Shown here in pieces: positions 29,480 to 32,000 of a stretch of DNA of 32,000 nt. How positions within the stretch are numbered: the stretch's first letter is position 1; each line of letters begins with the position of its first letter. Origin of the DNA: Candidatus Saccharimonadota bacterium (GTDB lineage Bacteria; Patescibacteriota; Gracilibacteria; UBA1369; 2-02-FULL-48-14); assembly GCA_965230905.1 (NCBI GenBank), contig OZ246396.1, forward strand, positions 660,001 through 692,000, read 5' to 3'. The notes beneath the pieces were generated by a model. It saw nothing but the letters and a program-made list of their open reading frames with translations. It had not been told where the DNA came from and ran no database searches. A program made the translations under genes and the position numbers.

Positions 29480-30777
29480 GCCTTTCCAATCACCGTTCGT
29501 CCACCCATGTAAGGCCGCAGCACTTCCGGGATGGTGATGGTTCCGTCGGCATTTTGGTACATTTCCAAAACGGGGATGAGGATGCGGGGCGACGCGACGC
29601 AGGTGTTGTTGAGGGTGTGCACGTATTGGGATTTTCCGTCCGCGTCTTTGTAGCGAATGTTGAGGCGGCGCGCTTGGTAGTCCAAGAAAGTTGAGCAAGA
29701 GTGGGTTTCGCCGTAACTCTTGCGGGAAGGCATCCACGTTTCGATGTCGTTTTTGTAGTATTGGCCCTGGCCCATGTCTCCGCTGCACACGGCAACCACT
29801 CGGTAGGGAAGTTTTAAATCTTGCAAAACTTCTTCGGCATTTTTGAGCAGAAAGTCGTGGAGGCGTTTGCTTTCTTCGGGATCATTTTTGCACAAAACCA
29901 CTTGTTCGATTTTTTGGAATTGGTGAATGCGGTAGAGTCCACGAGTGTCTTTTCCGTAGGTTCCCGCTTCACGTCGGAAGCAGTTTGAGTAACCGGCCAT
30001 CAGTTTTGGCAGCTCTTCTTCCTTCAGCATTTCACCGCTGTGGTAAGAGGCCACTGCCACTTCGCTGGTTCCAATTAAATACTTTTCATCGCTTTCCATT
30101 TCGCCGGTTTCGCTGTTTCGTACGCCGAGCAAGTAAGCTTGTTCTTCACCGCCCGGAAAGTATCCGGTGGCTTCCATCGCCTCGCGGTTCACCATGAGTG
30201 GAGGCAGGAAAGGCGTGAAGCCTTTGGCCACAAGTTTGTTGAGCGTGTATTGCAAAATAGCGAGCTCCAGCAGCATGCCCTCGTTCTTTAAAAAGTAGCT
30301 GCGGCTGCCGCCAATTTTCACGCCGCGTTCTACATCAATAATATCCAAGTCTTCGCCGAGGGCGATGTGGTCTTTGATTTCAAAATCCCATTTTGGTAGC
30401 TCACCCCAGGTGTACATTTCTACGTTTTCGCTGTCATCTTTGCCTTCGGGTGCATCGGGGGAAATCATTCCGGGGGCGCGGAGGAGCAGGGCTTTCCACT
30501 CCGTTTCTACTTGAGTGAGCTCTTCGCTGATGCGTTTTTCATCGTCGCCTTGAGCGCGCATTTCTGCGATGGCGGCTTGTTTTTCTTCACCTTGGAGTTT
30601 TTGAATTTTGTCAGAGGCTTTGTTTTTTTCTGCACGCATCGCGTCCACTTCCGCTTGGAGGGAACGGCGTTTTTCATCGAGTATGATGAAGGCGTCTACA
30701 TCGAATTTAATATGTTTTTTGCGTGCCGCTTCGCGAACGGCGTCGGGGTTTTGGACGATGGTTTTTGGGTCGAGCAT
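29476..30777 (-). CDS. serS: seryl-tRNA synthetase
   Basis: 433 aa with an N-terminal coiled-coil arm, class II motif 2 FRREAGTYGKDTRGLYRIHQF and the motif 3 region TLNNTCVASPRILIPVLE. Confidence 0.96.
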   Translation of the reverse strand: MLDPKTIVQNPDAVREAARKKHIKFDVDAFIILDEKRRSLQAEVDAMRAEKNKASDKIQKLQGEEKQAAIAEMRAQGDDEKRISEELTQVETEWKALLLRAPGMISPDAPEGKDDSENVEMYTWGELPKWDFEIKDHIALGEDLDIIDVERGVKIGGSRSYFLKNEGMLLELAILQYTLNKLVAKGFTPFLPPLMVNREAMEATGYFPGGEEQAYLLGVRNSETGEMESDEKYLIGTSEVAVASYHSGEMLKEEELPKLMAGYSNCFRREAGTYGKDTRGLYRIHQFQKIEQVVLCKNDPEESKRLHDFLLKNAEEVLQDLKLPYRVVAVCSGDMGQGQYYKNDIETWMPSRKSYGETHSCSTFLDYQARRLNIRYKDADGKSQYVHTLNNTCVASPRILIPVLEMYQNADGTITIPEVLRPYMGGRTVIGKA

Positions 30778-30878
30778 AAGTTTTTAATAGAGGGCACTGA
30801 AGTGCCTGGTGCGCAGAGGATAACGCTAATTCTAAAATTTGCCTAGGAGGGCTGTTTGACGTAAATCACAATTATTTC

Positions 30879-30907
30879 TTGACTCGACACCCTTTATCCT
30901 GTAAAAA
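30879..30907 (+). promoter_or_regulatory. sigma70-like promoter for ORF 30932..31399
   Basis: TTGACT-N17-TAAAAA(T), 24 nt upstream of the ATG. Confidence 0.5.
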
Positions 30908-30931
30908 TACTTGAAGTTTATTTTCACTTAG

Positions 30932-31399
30932 ATGGAAGTCGATATTGAAGCATTGTTCCGTTTACAGAAGGGTTGGGTTGAGCCCAATGCTTTACCTGAA
31001 CAGGACCATTCCGTTCTTTTTTCACAAAAACGATTGTTTAGCTCTATGGCTGCATTCGTTTTGAGTGAGGTGCGTGCTGGCATCCTGTCTGCTTCTGATG
31101 AAATTCCCACTTCGCAAGCTTTGGCCCAGTACTTGAATTCTGTGCAGGCTCACTTCACCCTTGAAAATTGTCTTAAGGTCGCTGCCTTTCATGGTCTAGT
31201 GGGCAGTACTTATAAGACTCCTAAAGATATGGATATCATAACTCACTTGGATTTCCCGGCACCTTTTGCTGTGTTTGGGAGTGCTGGTTTTTGGAATCGC
31301 GTACAAGGTATTAAGCCTGAGGCTTCTTCTTCACTTGAATCACCGGCAAACGTTTCACAAACACTTGCTTTCCCTCAAACAGAATCTGCAACTCAATAG
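30932..31399 (+). CDS. hypothetical protein
   Basis: 155-aa ORF with a good upstream promoter. The last 30 or so codons (a low-complexity Ser/Pro/Thr tail) overlap the 3' end of the convergent ORF 31311..31703, so the true 3' extent is uncertain. Confidence 0.45.
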   Translation: MEVDIEALFRLQKGWVEPNALPEQDHSVLFSQKRLFSSMAAFVLSEVRAGILSASDEIPTSQALAQYLNSVQAHFTLENCLKVAAFHGLVGSTYKTPKDMDIITHLDFPAPFAVFGSAGFWNRVQGIKPEASSSLESPANVSQTLAFPQTESATQ

Positions 31400-31703
31400 G
31401 TTCCCAGCTTTCGATTTTGAGGCCTTGAATGCCCCAAAAATGGGTATGTGATCCGAGTGGTTTTTCCATTTCCTTTTCGATGGTCGATTTGGCGAGCACC
31501 TTGTCTTGCTGCATGAGACTGAAGGTGATGCTGTGCTTTCCTTTTGGGATGAGGATTTTGGAAACCACAAACATTTGAGGATGCACGGCCGGCATTTGTT
31601 CGGACATGATGCGTTCAAAAATTCCGACTAAATTGAGCTTTCCGTCGATGGACATTGAAGCGTAGTCACAGAAGAGTGCGTATTCAATGGGTTGGATTTT
31701 CAT
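31311..31703 (-). CDS. hypothetical small beta-rich protein (possibly DUF6941-like)
   Basis: 130 aa. YALFCDYASMSIDGKLNLVGIFERI...PAVHPQMFVVSKILIPKGKHSITFSL resembles a small bacterial family of unknown function, recalled from memory only. There is an ATGA overlap with the upstream 81-aa ORF. Confidence 0.55.
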   Translation of the reverse strand: MKIQPIEYALFCDYASMSIDGKLNLVGIFERIMSEQMPAVHPQMFVVSKILIPKGKHSITFSLMQQDKVLAKSTIEKEMEKPLGSHTHFWGIQGLKIESWEPIELQILFEGKQVFVKRLPVIQVKKKPQA

Positions 31704-31945
31704 GCAGCTGCAGTGGTGAAATATTTTTCTACTTGGGCCTCGCTCAAATGAGCGAGTTGGGTTGGAACTTTGGATTGGCGAGAAGGGAAGGTGCGGAGTT
31801 TTTTAAGCTCCTCCTTACTGATCTCCATGGATTCGTGACGCTCTTTGATGGCAGGGGTTTCGCCTTCCGCCTCTTGAGTGACGGCAATGTATACGAGAGT
31901 GAATTTACCGTTGTCCTTCTTCTTTACCGTGCAGAGCCGAACCAT
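31700..31945 (-). CDS. hypothetical small protein
   Basis: 81-aa ORF translationally coupled (4-bp overlap) to ORF 31311..31703. No motif recognised. Confidence 0.45.
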   Translation of the reverse strand: MVRLCTVKKKDNGKFTLVYIAVTQEAEGETPAIKERHESMEISKEELKKLRTFPSRQSKVPTQLAHLSEAQVEKYFTTAAA

Positions 31946-32000
31946 GAGAAAGGGTTAATATAGACTACTGTATAGGATCACCTGGTGCTTGCCAAGGACC

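Noticed and set aside
30778-30931. Possible T-box or other riboswitch leader upstream of serS. A small hairpin GGCAC-tgaa-GTGCC lies at 30793..30806.
   Set aside because: The whole intergenic region is 154 nt and also holds the divergent promoter for ORF 30932. That is too short for a T-box, and I saw no specifier-loop or T-box consensus sequence.

Overview
This window comes from a compact bacterial genome that uses the standard genetic code. TGA, TAG and TAA all act as stops, and there are no in-frame stops in the conserved genes. The backbone is the conserved transcription/translation cluster rpoB, rpoC, rpsL, rpsG, fusA, tuf, all on the minus strand and in the canonical order. What is unusual is that every junction of the cluster is interrupted by accessory or uncharacterised genes. 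A CaCA-type cation antiporter sits between rpoB and rpoC. A four-gene island of unknowns, including a DUF5674-like ORF, lies between rpoC and rpsL. Between rpsG and fusA there is a PRMT-like methyltransferase, a lipoprotein, a 1347-aa SLH-anchored surface protein and a vapBC toxin-antitoxin pair. A 340-aa orphan lies between fusA and tuf. Most core genes appear to have their own sigma70-like promoter, and rho-independent terminators follow tuf, fusA and rpoC. The flanks carry a pfkB-like kinase operon, a MsbA-type ABC exporter, ung, serS and several small unknown ORFs. I recognised no rRNA, tRNA, CRISPR array, transposase or integrase. I saw no Shine-Dalgarno motif upstream of any start I inspected, three genes look leaderless or nearly so, and TAG is the commonest stop codon. 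The gene content (DUF5674-like ORF, SLH surface protein, many orphans, very tight packing) suggests an uncultivated Patescibacteria/CPR-like lineage, but that is inference only. The best candidates for new biology are the rpoB-antiporter-rpoC operon, the palindrome-controlled island at 14.6-17.1 kb with an operator-like motif shared with the ABC exporter promoter, and the PRMT-like enzyme beside the ribosomal protein genes. All functional calls rest on motifs read by eye. No database search was possible.
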